From IMG/VR virus record IMGVR_UViG_2791355228_000001, positions 4,034 through 68,033 of that record: a stretch of 64,000 bases of DNA. One strand, written 5' to 3'. The notes beneath the pieces are model-generated. The model did no database searches. It was given only the letters and a program-made list of their open reading frames with translations, and was not told where the DNA came from. Position numbers and translations under genes: made by a program. The DNA comes from a virus. Below are positions 9,713-19,622 of this stretch, piece after piece (within the stretch, counting starts at the first letter, position 1; each line of letters starts with the position of its first letter).

Positions 9713-11227
9713 TTAGAATAAGTAGAAAAGCCGTAGTCTCGCTTGGGCATATCGCTTGGATAATCCTCCTGTTACAATGCCATTGGAGAAGTCCATCAGA
9801 TAGAAGGTGTCCTTGCCGCTTTCGGAACAAGTGAGGTATTCGCCTTGCAGGGTGGCTATCAAACCTTTCAGCGTGGATGACTTGTCACATTCCAGCAAGT
9901 AATAAAGCCCGGCCAATTCACCGAGTGAGGGCACATAACTGCCGGAATGCCGCATTGCCTCTTGCAGCATGGTTTGTCTGCCCAAAGGAGATCCTTGCTT
10001 GGCTTGCCTGTTGGATTCAATCAGTCCTTGCGTAAGGCTTGCCCCGTCAGCATGGCCCAAGGCGCAATCGTCCGGGTAGGGCATACCGGGCTTGTAGATA
10101 ATCTTGTCATCCTCCGGGGTGTCGCCAGTTGGATTGATGATGCCCTCATGACGAGTTCCGTCTATGGTCGAATACAGCTTGCCGCTTGAAAGGTCGTTAC
10201 CAGAGAATACGAACATCCCGTTGCAATCTGACAGGGCAACGGCCTTGCCATGCTTGCCGTCTGTTTCCACGACCACGGCGATGGAAAGGGAGTCACGTCC
10301 TGCTTGTACCTTTCCGTTTTTTTGCAGGTAATGGCCCACCTGCACGGAATCAACCGGCATCATCCGGTGTTCATACGCCAAGCTACGCTCTGTTTCCACC
10401 CAACTGCCGTTGATGGCCACGCCCTCACGCCCCTTACGGATGGAAAGGTGCGTCATGCTCCCTGCCGTCAAGGGTGGCAGCATGGTGCGCAACGCATGGT
10501 CTTTTCCATTGATACGGATGGTGATTGTAACCGAGCAAGCGGTTTCAGTAGGAATCAAATAGAGGTCATGCTTCCTGCCATTGTTCAACAGACAATCCGC
10601 ATCTTTCGCTTGTAGGCTACCATTGGCTTTTTTATCGAGCCATCTGCCAGTATAAGGCTGGTAGCCGCCCTCTGTATAGAGGTTATCCCCGATGAGAGTG
10701 ATGTCGTCCAGCCGGTCACGCAGGTCGTCGCTCTCACAGACAATGCGGAGCAGTGCCATGGAACTTTGCAGCCTGAATGCCGGTTGGATGGCGTTTCCGA
10801 TGACGCGGTGGGTTTCCACTCCATAAAGGTTTTCATCGAACGGAGCGGCCAAGCGGATGATGTCGTCTGTTCCCAATCCTTTTCGGAATGGATAGCAAAC
10901 ACTGACGGTTGCCGTCGTGTCGCTAGTGACGGCATGGCTGTTTCCCGACACATATACACCACCTTTTCGGGTGAACATCGTTCCTGCAAATGCTTGCCTT
11001 TCTTCGGGTGTGGTGGCGCTTACGTCCATATATATGCCAAAGTGGGGCCATGCAGGGGTTATTCCCTCCACAGCCTCTATGTAGATTTCAACAGGCTTGC
11101 GGCTCTTTTGCCATTCCATGCGGGTTTTCTCGCCCGACTCAATGGCGGCGACCGTGGACTTGGGCTGTTCCTTACCGCCGCAGGAGGCGAGGAGCAGCCC
11201 GATACATATTATCAGAAAGGCTTGCAT
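9713..11227 (-). CDS. Fimbrillin-like lipoprotein
   Basis: Lipobox LLASC, beta-rich sequence, C-terminal YVPSLGELAGLY of the kind seen in Bacteroidales pilus-tip domains. Confidence 0.55.
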   Translation of the reverse strand: MQAFLIICIGLLLASCGGKEQPKSTVAAIESGEKTRMEWQKSRKPVEIYIEAVEGITPAWPHFGIYMDVSATTPEERQAFAGTMFTRKGGVYVSGNSHAVTSDTTATVSVCYPFRKGLGTDDIIRLAAPFDENLYGVETHRVIGNAIQPAFRLQSSMALLRIVCESDDLRDRLDDITLIGDNLYTEGGYQPYTGRWLDKKANGSLQAKDADCLLNNGRKHDLYLIPTETACSVTITIRINGKDHALRTMLPPLTAGSMTHLSIRKGREGVAINGSWVETERSLAYEHRMMPVDSVQVGHYLQKNGKVQAGRDSLSIAVVVETDGKHGKAVALSDCNGMFVFSGNDLSSGKLYSTIDGTRHEGIINPTGDTPEDDKIIYKPGMPYPDDCALGHADGASLTQGLIESNRQAKQGSPLGRQTMLQEAMRHSGSYVPSLGELAGLYYLLECDKSSTLKGLIATLQGEYLTCSESGKDTFYLMDFSNGIVTGGLSKRYAQARLRLFYLF

Positions 11228-11294
11228 CCGTTCGTTGTTTTATAGAGGTTTTTAATCATTTTCGTATCTGTTGTTTTATAGAGTGAAATCCTAC

Positions 11295-11597
11295 TTACAA
11301 TCCTTTAGAGCGGGCATAGACGAACACGCCCTTGTCGTTCTTTTTACTGTGAAGCCCCTTCCGCTGTTTGAGCAGGATAAGTGCCGCGCCGCCGCAAAGT
11401 GTCACCACCAGGACTATCAGCCCGGCAAGGAAACCGGAAAGGCAGTAAGCCACGATGAAGCCGACAATGGCTCCACCGATGGCTCCTGCCGCCCAATAGA
11501 TGTACCTGCCTTGAATCCCCATGAATTCAAGAGGCCGTTGCAGCCCCTTGAACATGGGGTATTCCAGTGGCCGGGTGTCGCCGTTCGTTCCGGACAT
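11295..11597 (-). CDS. traF: TraF (DUF4133, VirB3-like)
   Basis: YPMFKGLQRPLEFMGIQGRYIYW followed by two TM segments. Confidence 0.85.
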   Translation of the reverse strand: MSGTNGDTRPLEYPMFKGLQRPLEFMGIQGRYIYWAAGAIGGAIVGFIVAYCLSGFLAGLIVLVVTLCGGAALILLKQRKGLHSKKNDKGVFVYARSKGL

Positions 11598-11600
11598 GGC

Positions 11601-11969
11601 TTAGCTGGTGATGCCGAAGAACAACGGGAGTGCCTGTGCGGCCGCCACAAGGAAAATACAAGCGCCCACAATCATCATGATGGACTTCTTCACATCCTGC
11701 TCCTCGTTGTTCATCTTGATGTACACGCTGATGGCTCCCACGATGGCCACGACACCGGCGATGGCGTAACACAGCTTCACCACGTAGGGCACATACTTGG
11801 CGATTTCGGTCGTCACCGTACCGAGGGCGGTGGTGCCTGCCGTATAGTCACCGGCGGCGTTCTGGGCGAGTGCTGCGGTTGTGCCTGCCAGCAGCATGAG
11901 GGAGAGCATTTTCAATCTCCCCGAAGGGCAAAGTCCCTTCATCCACTTTCTGAGTTTTTCCTTAAACAT
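11601..11969 (-). CDS. traE: TraE (DUF4134, pilin/VirB2-like)
   Basis: KLCYAIAGVVAIVGAISVYIKMNNEEQDVKKSI...GACIFL. Confidence 0.85.
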   Translation of the reverse strand: MFKEKLRKWMKGLCPSGRLKMLSLMLLAGTTAALAQNAAGDYTAGTTALGTVTTEIAKYVPYVVKLCYAIAGVVAIVGAISVYIKMNNEEQDVKKSIMMIVGACIFLVAAAQALPLFFGITS

Positions 11970-12020
11970 TCTTTTTACCTTAAAAATTAAACACTATGTG
12001 AATTGTCTCATTTCTTCCTG

Positions 12021-12353
12021 TCATACCCGGTAGCCGAAGAATGCCGGGAACACGATGGATGCACCTATGATAAACAGGCAAGCACCGACCACCATCATTA
12101 TCTCCCTTGTGATGCCTTCCTCCCTCGTATTCATCTTGATATAGATTTGCAAACTGGCATAGATGGCGACGATGGCGGCAATGGCGTACAGCAGGTAGAG
12201 GACATACAGCATCATCGTCACGACATAATCGTGCATAAGTGCCAATGCGTCAGCACCCCAACTGTAGTCCACGCCACCACATTTGGCCGAGGCGGGCAAG
12301 GCCGCACACACGCCAAACAACAAGCCTGTCCACCTGCGCGTCTTACAACTCAT
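12021..12353 (-). CDS. Second TraE-like (DUF4134) paralog
   Basis: YAIAAIVAIYASLQIYIKMN...MMVVGACLF aligns with the adjacent TraE. Confidence 0.75.
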   Translation of the reverse strand: MSCKTRRWTGLLFGVCAALPASAKCGGVDYSWGADALALMHDYVVTMMLYVLYLLYAIAAIVAIYASLQIYIKMNTREEGITREIMMVVGACLFIIGASIVFPAFFGYRV

Positions 12354-12774
12354 TCCTCGTAATCTTCATGGGGATTTTGAACAGGGTTTCCCGTTTGCCC
12401 TCCAACAACTCATGGAGTTCGGGAGCAGTCACGCCATTCTCGCTCGTTATGTCGGCTTCCAGCAGGCTGGATTTGAGTTGTTCTGCCTTTTCCTCTACCG
12501 CATTCAATGTGGGGGCTTCCGGCTTCTCAATAGGGTCAACCGTTGTGGACTCAGGCGAGACAGCCTGCTTTTCTCCGGAATTTCCCACTTGGAAACTGTC
12601 AGCGGTCTCACTTACTTCCACGGACTCCTCTTCTTCCATGCCGTCCAGGTCGAACACCTCCTCGTTGGAGTTGGCGATTCCTTTTTTACCTTGCAAGTCC
12701 TTGGCGACGACCACCGCATAATAGAGGACGTAGGCTATCGTCAGAACAAAGGCGAATATCATAAATGGACTCAT
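12343..12774 (-). CDS. Acidic membrane-anchored protein, first gene of the tra operon
   Basis: N-terminal TM helix, acidic tail, overlaps the next gene. Confidence 0.6.
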   Translation of the reverse strand: MSPFMIFAFVLTIAYVLYYAVVVAKDLQGKKGIANSNEEVFDLDGMEEEESVEVSETADSFQVGNSGEKQAVSPESTTVDPIEKPEAPTLNAVEEKAEQLKSSLLEADITSENGVTAPELHELLEGKRETLFKIPMKITRNEL

Positions 12775-13214
12775 TGCACTGTCTGGTTTATGGGTTTACA
12801 ATCTCGTTTTGCCTGCAAAAGAATAGCGGAAAGGCTGCCTCGGGAAACCTCTGATGGAAATACTGTGCTGTTTTAACTTGATTTTTCTTCAGGCGAAAAA
12901 ATCATACGGTCAATCATACTTTGAAAGCCTTTCCAAGGACAGTTATACTTGCTTCTTTGGGTAAATTATACTTGCTCAACCATCGAAGCATATCTTCTCC
13001 GGCAATGAAGTGCAAGGGCTGTTCCACGGTCGTTGTTTTTCCTGTGCAAAGGTAAGGCCGTCGGGAAGCTGCAAGGCGCAGTGGCTGCTTCCTCCTTGCA
13101 TTCGTTCCCGGCTTTCCGCCTTGACCCTTGCACGTAAAAACAAGTCCCTGTGGACGGGTGAAAGCCCGACGGCAGGGAAAGAACAAGAAGTCTAACATTT
13201 TAATTCTCGAAACG

Positions 13215-13733
13215 ATGAAACAGATTATTTGGTCGAACGACAGCTATTTTGACGACAAGGCAAGGGAGTATTACCAAGACTGCCAGCGTGAGTATTTGGA
13301 AGATGACGGCTACACAGTGAGCGATGAAGAATGGGGTGAGGAAGTGTACAGTTGGCTCGATGCCGAGCGCATGAACCTCAATGTGCAGGTGGACGGCGTG
13401 ATAATCGCCTTTGGCGACTTGGGCTTGTGGCGCGGCCGCAGGCAGGGCTACCAGATTTTGGGCAGCAACCTTGCCGACATCTTGCGCAGCTCATGCGATG
13501 ACAACGAATGGTACGGCGACGGCTACAACATCCGTGCCCGACTCACGCACCACGACGGCACGAACTATGTGCTTTACCGGGTGGCGAAAAGCCGGGAGGA
13601 TGCCGAGCGGATAGCCGACAAAATTTACAACCTTGAAATTGACGAGAAGGGTTTCCGTAAGCTCACACGCTCACTGTATCCATACGTTGCAGATGTTTAC
13701 GGCTGGAAAGTCAGAGGACGCAGACCGGCATAA
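13215..13733 (+). CDS. Hypothetical ICE protein
   Basis: 172 aa from MKQIIWS, preceded by a long hairpin and followed by a terminator. Confidence 0.7.
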   Translation: MKQIIWSNDSYFDDKAREYYQDCQREYLEDDGYTVSDEEWGEEVYSWLDAERMNLNVQVDGVIIAFGDLGLWRGRRQGYQILGSNLADILRSSCDDNEWYGDGYNIRARLTHHDGTNYVLYRVAKSREDAERIADKIYNLEIDEKGFRKLTRSLYPYVADVYGWKVRGRRPA

Positions 13734-13747
13734 GGGCTGAAAATAAG

Positions 13748-13792
13748 AAAGGACATCCGTTCTACCGATGTGATAGGGCGGTTGTCCTTTTC
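13748..13792. terminator. Probable bidirectional intrinsic terminator
   Basis: AAAGGACA...TGTCCTTTT hairpin between convergent genes. Confidence 0.65.
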
Positions 13793-13834
13793 ACTAAAAT
13801 GGGTTGTTCCGTGTAAAATGTACAGGCTTCCCTT

Positions 13835-14596
13835 TTATAGCTCAAAGGTCTTGCCCGGATTAAAAGTCAAGTGTTCGTCATGGAATACATACCCCAGTTG
13901 GTTACTGACACACCATGTTTCGCCAATGCGCACATCCACATTGTAATGAGAGTGGCCATAAATCCAGTAATCTACTCCGCATTCCTTGATGTAGCCTTCC
14001 AGTTCTACCATGAACGCCCCGTTGGCTTTGCTGCTTACAAACTTGGGGCATTGCATCCTGAATGAGGGTACATGGTGGGTCACGACCACTTTCTTGCGGG
14101 CTGTACTCGACTTGACGGCCTCCTTGATGAAAGACAAACACCGTTCGTGTTCATGGTTGAAGTCCGCAAAAGTAAGGAGTTCCCCTTTGTACAGGATACG
14201 GCGGAAATCGCTGACCACTTGCTCTGTGAAATATGCCTCTCCCAAAGGAATCCTGCTCCACAGCGTTGAAACAATGATGTCAATGTCTCCGATGCGGATA
14301 ACCCCATTGTAGTAGCTATGCACATTGGGACGTATTTCAATGCTTGAGCTGTCAGATAACGTGCCTATGTCGTAATATTTGTAGAACTCGTGGTTGCCCA
14401 TACAGGCTATCACCTGTTTGTAGTTGTCCGATGCCCAGTCCCAAAATGGGTGCATGGAATAGTTTGCATCGCCGAGATAGCCTATGTCACCTGCGAGGAC
14501 GAGTATGTCCCCGGACACTTCAAGCGGGTTCGCTTTGAGGTATCGCCAGTTGTCGGCAAACTCCAGATGGAGGTCGGACGCATATTGTATTTTCAT
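13835..14596 (-). CDS. Calcineurin-like metallophosphoesterase
   Basis: SDLH, LAGD, GNHE, THH and GHSH motifs; start at MKIQYASDLH with an ATGA overlap to the upstream gene. Confidence 0.9.
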   Translation of the reverse strand: MKIQYASDLHLEFADNWRYLKANPLEVSGDILVLAGDIGYLGDANYSMHPFWDWASDNYKQVIACMGNHEFYKYYDIGTLSDSSSIEIRPNVHSYYNGVIRIGDIDIIVSTLWSRIPLGEAYFTEQVVSDFRRILYKGELLTFADFNHEHERCLSFIKEAVKSSTARKKVVVTHHVPSFRMQCPKFVSSKANGAFMVELEGYIKECGVDYWIYGHSHYNVDVRIGETWCVSNQLGYVFHDEHLTFNPGKTFEL

Positions 14597-15378
14597 GGTT
14601 CTTCGGCAATAAATAGTCCGTCCAGCACTTCCAACAAGCCCTCCACGAAGGACACCTCCTGCCCAAGGGACTTGGCAAGAGGCTCCGCCAATGCTTCCCA
14701 TTCACTTCTGACAGAAGCCACGAAAGACCTCACACATGCCACGATGGCATCAGGTGCGGCCACGGGCGCATTTTCCATGATGGCGACATTTTTCAACACG
14801 TCAGACCGGTGCTTCTTGATATCCTTGCTGTTGACATGCCGCCCGGCGGCCTTGTCTTGCTGCAAGTTCAAGTAAGCACGGGCTTTCAAGGCTACCAGGG
14901 CTTCCGGTGAGGCATGACGAATGCCATCCGTCAGGATACTGTGCGCAATGGTAAAATGGTAGTAGTCGTCATCCATGATGATGGCACTCAGGCTCGATGC
15001 ATCGGCCTCCATGGGCAATGGTTCTATCGTAAGCCCTTTCGGTGTCCCGAGAATGTCAGGATGCCGGGAGAGAAGCTCAATCATCGCCGGATAACCGGGC
15101 TTGCCATCCACGAACCGATACAGTTCATATCTTGGTGCTTCTCCGTCTTTAGGATTCCTTTTCTCCGGGCGGTAGCCGCCTTCCCGGATGAACTGCCAGA
15201 ACCTTTCGGCAAATGTTGTGGTCATCTTCTCCACGATCACAATCATGTCTATGTCATGGGTGGCACGCGGCCGCACCGCCGTGCCTGACATCACCATCTC
15301 GCAGGCCGTGCCGCCAATGATGACATAGTTGTCTGAATAAGCCTCGAAGGCTTCCCGGAATCTTTCTAATCCTTCCAT
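14593..15378 (-). CDS. AbiEii-like nucleotidyltransferase
   Basis: IIGGTAC...RATHDIDM motif, LVALKARA, KHRSDV. Confidence 0.75.
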   Translation of the reverse strand: MEGLERFREAFEAYSDNYVIIGGTACEMVMSGTAVRPRATHDIDMIVIVEKMTTTFAERFWQFIREGGYRPEKRNPKDGEAPRYELYRFVDGKPGYPAMIELLSRHPDILGTPKGLTIEPLPMEADASSLSAIIMDDDYYHFTIAHSILTDGIRHASPEALVALKARAYLNLQQDKAAGRHVNSKDIKKHRSDVLKNVAIMENAPVAAPDAIVACVRSFVASVRSEWEALAEPLAKSLGQEVSFVEGLLEVLDGLFIAEEP

Positions 15379-16340
15379 TCCATTTTATTGATTAATTGTT
15401 CAACTTCGCTCTCCACCCGGGCATCGGCATCTTCTTGCAATGAGAGGGCCAACGATAACTTATCCACCCACAAGGGAGTTTCTCCACACCCTGTAACTGG
15501 GGGATATTTCCATACCTCTATGACAATGTTGCCGTCATAGTCATTCGGATTCTGCATGGCCTTTGCTGCCCTCAACGACCGGAACCGCCTTGCTTCCATC
15601 ATGACCATACGCTCCGGGTCGGGATTGAGGCGCGTATAATGGGCAAGGGCATTGATGCCGCACACAGGAAAGACTTCTTCCGTGTCCAGACCGTCACAGT
15701 AAACCTTTTGTTCAACAGGGTTGGCAAGTACCGGTTTCGCCTGTTTCCACAATTCAATCCCCCTACGGTGGAAGTGTAGCTGCTTTCTCTTCGGGCCGTC
15801 CGCTACTTTCTCGCATAATCCAAAGTCTTCAAGGCATGTCATGCCCAAGGTGATACTTGCGTATGAATAGGGTAACTTGTCTTTGACATCATTGGCAGAC
15901 AACCCTTCCAGACTTTCAACCTGCAAATGATAAAGCAGGAGGTATTGAGCTACGGGCGACAAAGCCTTGGCTGCTTTCTTGTGCCGGATTCGTTCGTTGG
16001 CCACCAACATGGGTAGATGGGCATATTTGGCCGACACTACGAAGTAGACATCCCTGTCTATCAACCGCTGCCGCTGGTATGCAGGGGCAGACGGCAACAG
16101 GTAAACGACAGGAAGCCCCATTGAGGCGGAGATTTTATCGGCTGTCAGGGCGAGGTTGCGCGGTGATGCCACCGGACCTTTGGGTTCTGCAAACAACAAG
16201 GGCATACCTTGATATTCGCCATCATAGAACCGATAGGCAAGGGCGTCTCCTATGGTGACACCTTTCATACGCTCCTTGCCCCGCAACTGTAGCGAAACAT
16301 TCCTTCCTGCAATTGTAATATCAATTTCCAGTTTTTGCAT
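15366..16340 (-). CDS. wHTH-containing AbiEi-like antitoxin/regulator
   Basis: Central MarR-like HTH (LSPVAQYLLLYHL...LPYSYASIT); C-terminal VDKLSLALSL..D.RVE; overlaps the NTase gene. Confidence 0.6.
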   Translation of the reverse strand: MQKLEIDITIAGRNVSLQLRGKERMKGVTIGDALAYRFYDGEYQGMPLLFAEPKGPVASPRNLALTADKISASMGLPVVYLLPSAPAYQRQRLIDRDVYFVVSAKYAHLPMLVANERIRHKKAAKALSPVAQYLLLYHLQVESLEGLSANDVKDKLPYSYASITLGMTCLEDFGLCEKVADGPKRKQLHFHRRGIELWKQAKPVLANPVEQKVYCDGLDTEEVFPVCGINALAHYTRLNPDPERMVMMEARRFRSLRAAKAMQNPNDYDGNIVIEVWKYPPVTGCGETPLWVDKLSLALSLQEDADARVESEVEQLINKMEWKD

Positions 16341-16434
16341 CAATTTAATCTGCTATTAAAACGATGCAAAAATACTAAACTATAATCAGAATACAAACAA
16401 TATCTTCAAGATTTATTCCTTCTATCTCCTCAAA

Positions 16435-17337
16435 TTACGGCATCCTCTTCTTCCCGACAAGGATGTCATTGAGGTCTTTGTAGAGCGGACAGGCTTCCAT
16501 CATGTCATGCACGGCATCGCCCTTGAGTTCCCGGAGCATGTCCACCACACGCCGTCCTGCATCGTCGTTGTCGAGATAGCAATAGATATGCTTGCAGGCT
16601 TTCAGCCGCGGCAATGCCTTGGGCAGGTTGTTCACCGAGTTCAGCACCAACAGGTCTGCGCCATAACAGGGTACGGACAAGCGTTCCCGTTTCCGCAAGG
16701 TCAGAAATGACAGGTAATCCATGAACCCCTCGAACAGGCAAACGGAGTCTGTTTGTCCTTGTGTAATCAATGACACTGCTTTCGGGGCAATGCAACCCTT
16801 ATAATAAGGATTACGTATCTCATAGCCGCCCGCCCCGTTGGGAAACGCGATGGCATAGTAGTTCTTTCCACGGCAGGTGTAATGCACCTCCTTGCATTCT
16901 TGCCTTGCGGTGTCGAGGTCAATGCCGCGCTTGGAGAGATAGGAGAGCAAAGGTATGGATGTCAACGCTTGCACCCGTAGGTTTTGGAATGCGGCCGCTT
17001 GCGGTGGCTTGCCATCGGTTGCGGACGGTTGCGGAAGCGGCATGAATGTCCGTACCTTCAAAGGCACGGCAGGTGCTGCCTGTGCAATCATCTTCAACAC
17101 TTTAGGTATGTTCGGGGTCCGATATACCAATACCGCAAGGTCGATGATGTCTCCGCTCTTAGCCGTAGCGAAGTCATACCATATATTGCGGTTCTTGTTC
17201 ACCTTGAAAGACGGATTCTCGTCCTCCCGGTAAGGTGCATGATACCATGCGGACACGGCGGTTTCCTTGGCAGGTCGGATTCCGATGGCCAGCAGGAAGT
17301 CCACTATGGCTATCTGTTTGATTTGTAATATGTTCAT
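16435..17337 (-). CDS. DNA primase (degenerate CHC2 finger + Toprim)
   Basis: PYREDENPSFKV, WYDF, LFEGFMDYLSF, YLDNDDAG, YKDLND. Confidence 0.9.
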   Translation of the reverse strand: MNILQIKQIAIVDFLLAIGIRPAKETAVSAWYHAPYREDENPSFKVNKNRNIWYDFATAKSGDIIDLAVLVYRTPNIPKVLKMIAQAAPAVPLKVRTFMPLPQPSATDGKPPQAAAFQNLRVQALTSIPLLSYLSKRGIDLDTARQECKEVHYTCRGKNYYAIAFPNGAGGYEIRNPYYKGCIAPKAVSLITQGQTDSVCLFEGFMDYLSFLTLRKRERLSVPCYGADLLVLNSVNNLPKALPRLKACKHIYCYLDNDDAGRRVVDMLRELKGDAVHDMMEACPLYKDLNDILVGKKRMP

Positions 17338-17383
17338 ATCGTTCTATTTTTCTATGTTTAATGAATATTGGAGTGGATATAAC

Positions 17384-17601
17384 CAAGTTTACCATATATA
17401 TACGCCCATTGTAAACTAAACCTCTTTCACTCGCCGGTCTTTAATCGCCGGCAAGGGATGCAAGTTTGCCCCGTTTGTCATATATATACACCCGGTGTTA
17501 AACTAAACCTGTTTGTGCCAATCTTCCATATCGGCTGATACCGGGATGGAAGTTCTCCAAGTTTGTCCTATATATACCCTCCCGTTAAACTAAACCTCTT
17601 T
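17384..17601. repeat. Three direct repeats CAAGTTT...TATATAC...TAAACTAAACCT
   Basis: TAAACTAAACCT at 17412, 17499 and 17586; CAAGTTT at 17384, 17461 and 17558. Confidence 0.85.
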
Positions 17602-18678
17602 GGTGGCGGAATCTTCCTGTCTGTTCAATGATTCCGGCAAGTAGGCATAAACCTTGTCTTTCTTGATGATAACCCCTCTTCCCATCAGATATTTGTTCAG
17701 TTCAATGCAGATGTTCCGACCGCGTTTGAAACCGATTTCCGCATAACCTTGCCGCAACGACTTGATGAGGAGCCCGTATCCTACGATGGGACCATTTTCA
17801 AAGGCAATTTCCAGAGCCTTTGCGTGCTGGGCGTCCGTGATGGCCTCGGTGGTGGGTTTGCGTTCCTGTGTAAAGGCGTAGTCCTCCACCAGTTCCGGCA
17901 GGGCATCCCGGTTGATGCGGAACGCAAACGGCTGGAACTCCCGTTCACGGATGTGCATGGCCTTGACCTCGCTGATGTTGCCGTCAAACTGGCTCTTTGT
18001 CACTTGCAGGATGGTTTCTGCCTTGTTGTTCAACTCGGTACCGATATGCCCGCGCGTATTGTCATCACCCTTGTTCAAGTGCAGCACGGTGTGGATGTGC
18101 AGGTCGTGCATGCTTGACCAGCGCATCAGGTCGTTTATCAAGTCCACTGACTCGCTGGGACTGTTGATGTCGTACATCAGGTCACGGATGCCGTCTATCA
18201 CGACAAAGCCTATCTCCGGGTCGGCAGCAAGCGCATGGTTGATAATCTGCCTCCGCTGCTTGGGGCTGTACTCACGCAGCATGAAGAACACCAGTCGATC
18301 CGTTTCTTGGTCTGTAGGCATCCCGGCCAGTTTGAGGATGCGTTCCAATACCTTGTGGCAATGGCACTTGCTCTGCTCGGTGTCCACATAAAGCACCTTG
18401 TGTTTTCCTTCAGGCAGATGCGCCTTGTAGTGCAGGATGTTCCTGCCGGACAAGGCCGACGCTACGATAGCGGCACAGTTGAAGGTCTTCTTGCTCTTGG
18501 GCTTGCCCACGGATGCGCTGAAATTGCCGAGCGTGGCAATGGTGATGCCGTCCACCTGCACGATTTCGGGAGGGTAGGCGTAGGTCTCCGTGACCCGCAA
18601 TCGGATGAAGCTCAATATCTGCTCGTAAACCTGCCTGTCGATGTCTTCCGATACCGGCATGATTCCATGTGCGTTCAT
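17590..18678 (-). CDS. AAA_25/RepA-like helicase-family ATPase
   Basis: GKPKSKKT, VDTEQS, VIDGIRD, VLHLNKGDDNTRGHIG. Confidence 0.85.
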   Translation of the reverse strand: MNAHGIMPVSEDIDRQVYEQILSFIRLRVTETYAYPPEIVQVDGITIATLGNFSASVGKPKSKKTFNCAAIVASALSGRNILHYKAHLPEGKHKVLYVDTEQSKCHCHKVLERILKLAGMPTDQETDRLVFFMLREYSPKQRRQIINHALAADPEIGFVVIDGIRDLMYDINSPSESVDLINDLMRWSSMHDLHIHTVLHLNKGDDNTRGHIGTELNNKAETILQVTKSQFDGNISEVKAMHIREREFQPFAFRINRDALPELVEDYAFTQERKPTTEAITDAQHAKALEIAFENGPIVGYGLLIKSLRQGYAEIGFKRGRNICIELNKYLMGRGVIIKKDKVYAYLPESLNRQEDSATKEV

Positions 18679-19121
18679 TGTTTCTTCCCTTTCTTCATTA
18701 GTGAGTTGCTACTCCCCATGCTGATTCCGGCAAGAGCCGCCTGCCGTTCAATCTCTCGGTTGGACAGTACCGGGTTCCGGCGTTTCCAGTCGTCCAACGC
18801 TTTCCTCTCGAAGAAGATGTGCTTGCCGTTAGGTTTCGAGAACGGAATCTCATGGGTGGACGTGAGGCGGTACAGATGTCCGGTGGATATGTTCAGGTAT
18901 TTGGCGGCTTCTTCCACGTTGAACACTTCTTTCAAGATGTAAAGCTGCCGTTCTACTTCCTCAAACCTGGCAATCAATGCCTCCAAGGTGCCGAAACGGC
19001 TGATGAACTCCTCTATGACCGTTATCTTGTCCAAAACGCAGTCAATGTCCTCCATCCGTTTCAATATGGAGTGGACGGCTTCCACCCGCTCCAATGTTTC
19101 CAAGAATCCGGCTTCCGTCAT
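18675..19121 (-). CDS. Excisionase-like HTH_17 protein
   Basis: FNVEEAAKYLNISTGHLYRLTS...IPFSKPNGKHIFF. Confidence 0.85.
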   Translation of the reverse strand: MTEAGFLETLERVEAVHSILKRMEDIDCVLDKITVIEEFISRFGTLEALIARFEEVERQLYILKEVFNVEEAAKYLNISTGHLYRLTSTHEIPFSKPNGKHIFFERKALDDWKRRNPVLSNREIERQAALAGISMGSSNSLMKKGKKQ

Positions 19122-19471
19122 ACGTCCATTCCTTTAAGTTCCATTTCCGATACTTCCACCCGGTAGGGTGATTCACCGCATTCATGGTTGCGGCAAAGCC
19201 ATCCGTCCAGTTCCCGTTTGCTGAAAAACAGGAGCTTGCCGCTGGGTTTGTAGTGCGGCACCTTTCCCGTTTTTGTCAGCTTGTAAAGCTGGCTGTCCGA
19301 AAGCCCAGTGTAACGGCAGGCCTCTTTGAAGTTGAGCGTGTCCTTGATGCAGTACAGCAGCTTTTCCACTTTTTCCACCTGTGCCTGCAGCAGGCTCAGT
19401 TTCAACAGGCAGGACGGGCACTCCACCCGTTCCGGCTGTTCATTCGTTGCAGTTCTTTGTTGTTCCATCAT
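19118..19471 (-). CDS. Excisionase-like HTH_17 protein
   Basis: LNFKEACRYTGLSDSQLYKLT...VPHYKPSGKLLFF. Confidence 0.85.
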   Translation of the reverse strand: MMEQQRTATNEQPERVECPSCLLKLSLLQAQVEKVEKLLYCIKDTLNFKEACRYTGLSDSQLYKLTKTGKVPHYKPSGKLLFFSKRELDGWLCRNHECGESPYRVEVSEMELKGMDV

Positions 19472-19622
19472 TCTTGCATTTTTAAGTTGGACAATGAAGG
19501 GGTTTCACCCTCCGAAACTTTTTTCGTTTCAGAGGGCGAATTTAGTCGCTTGCCCCCAAACGGATGTCAGGCCAACATTTACAGTTCGGAACTGTTGCTC
19601 CAACTATTGCTCTTTTCCCGTG

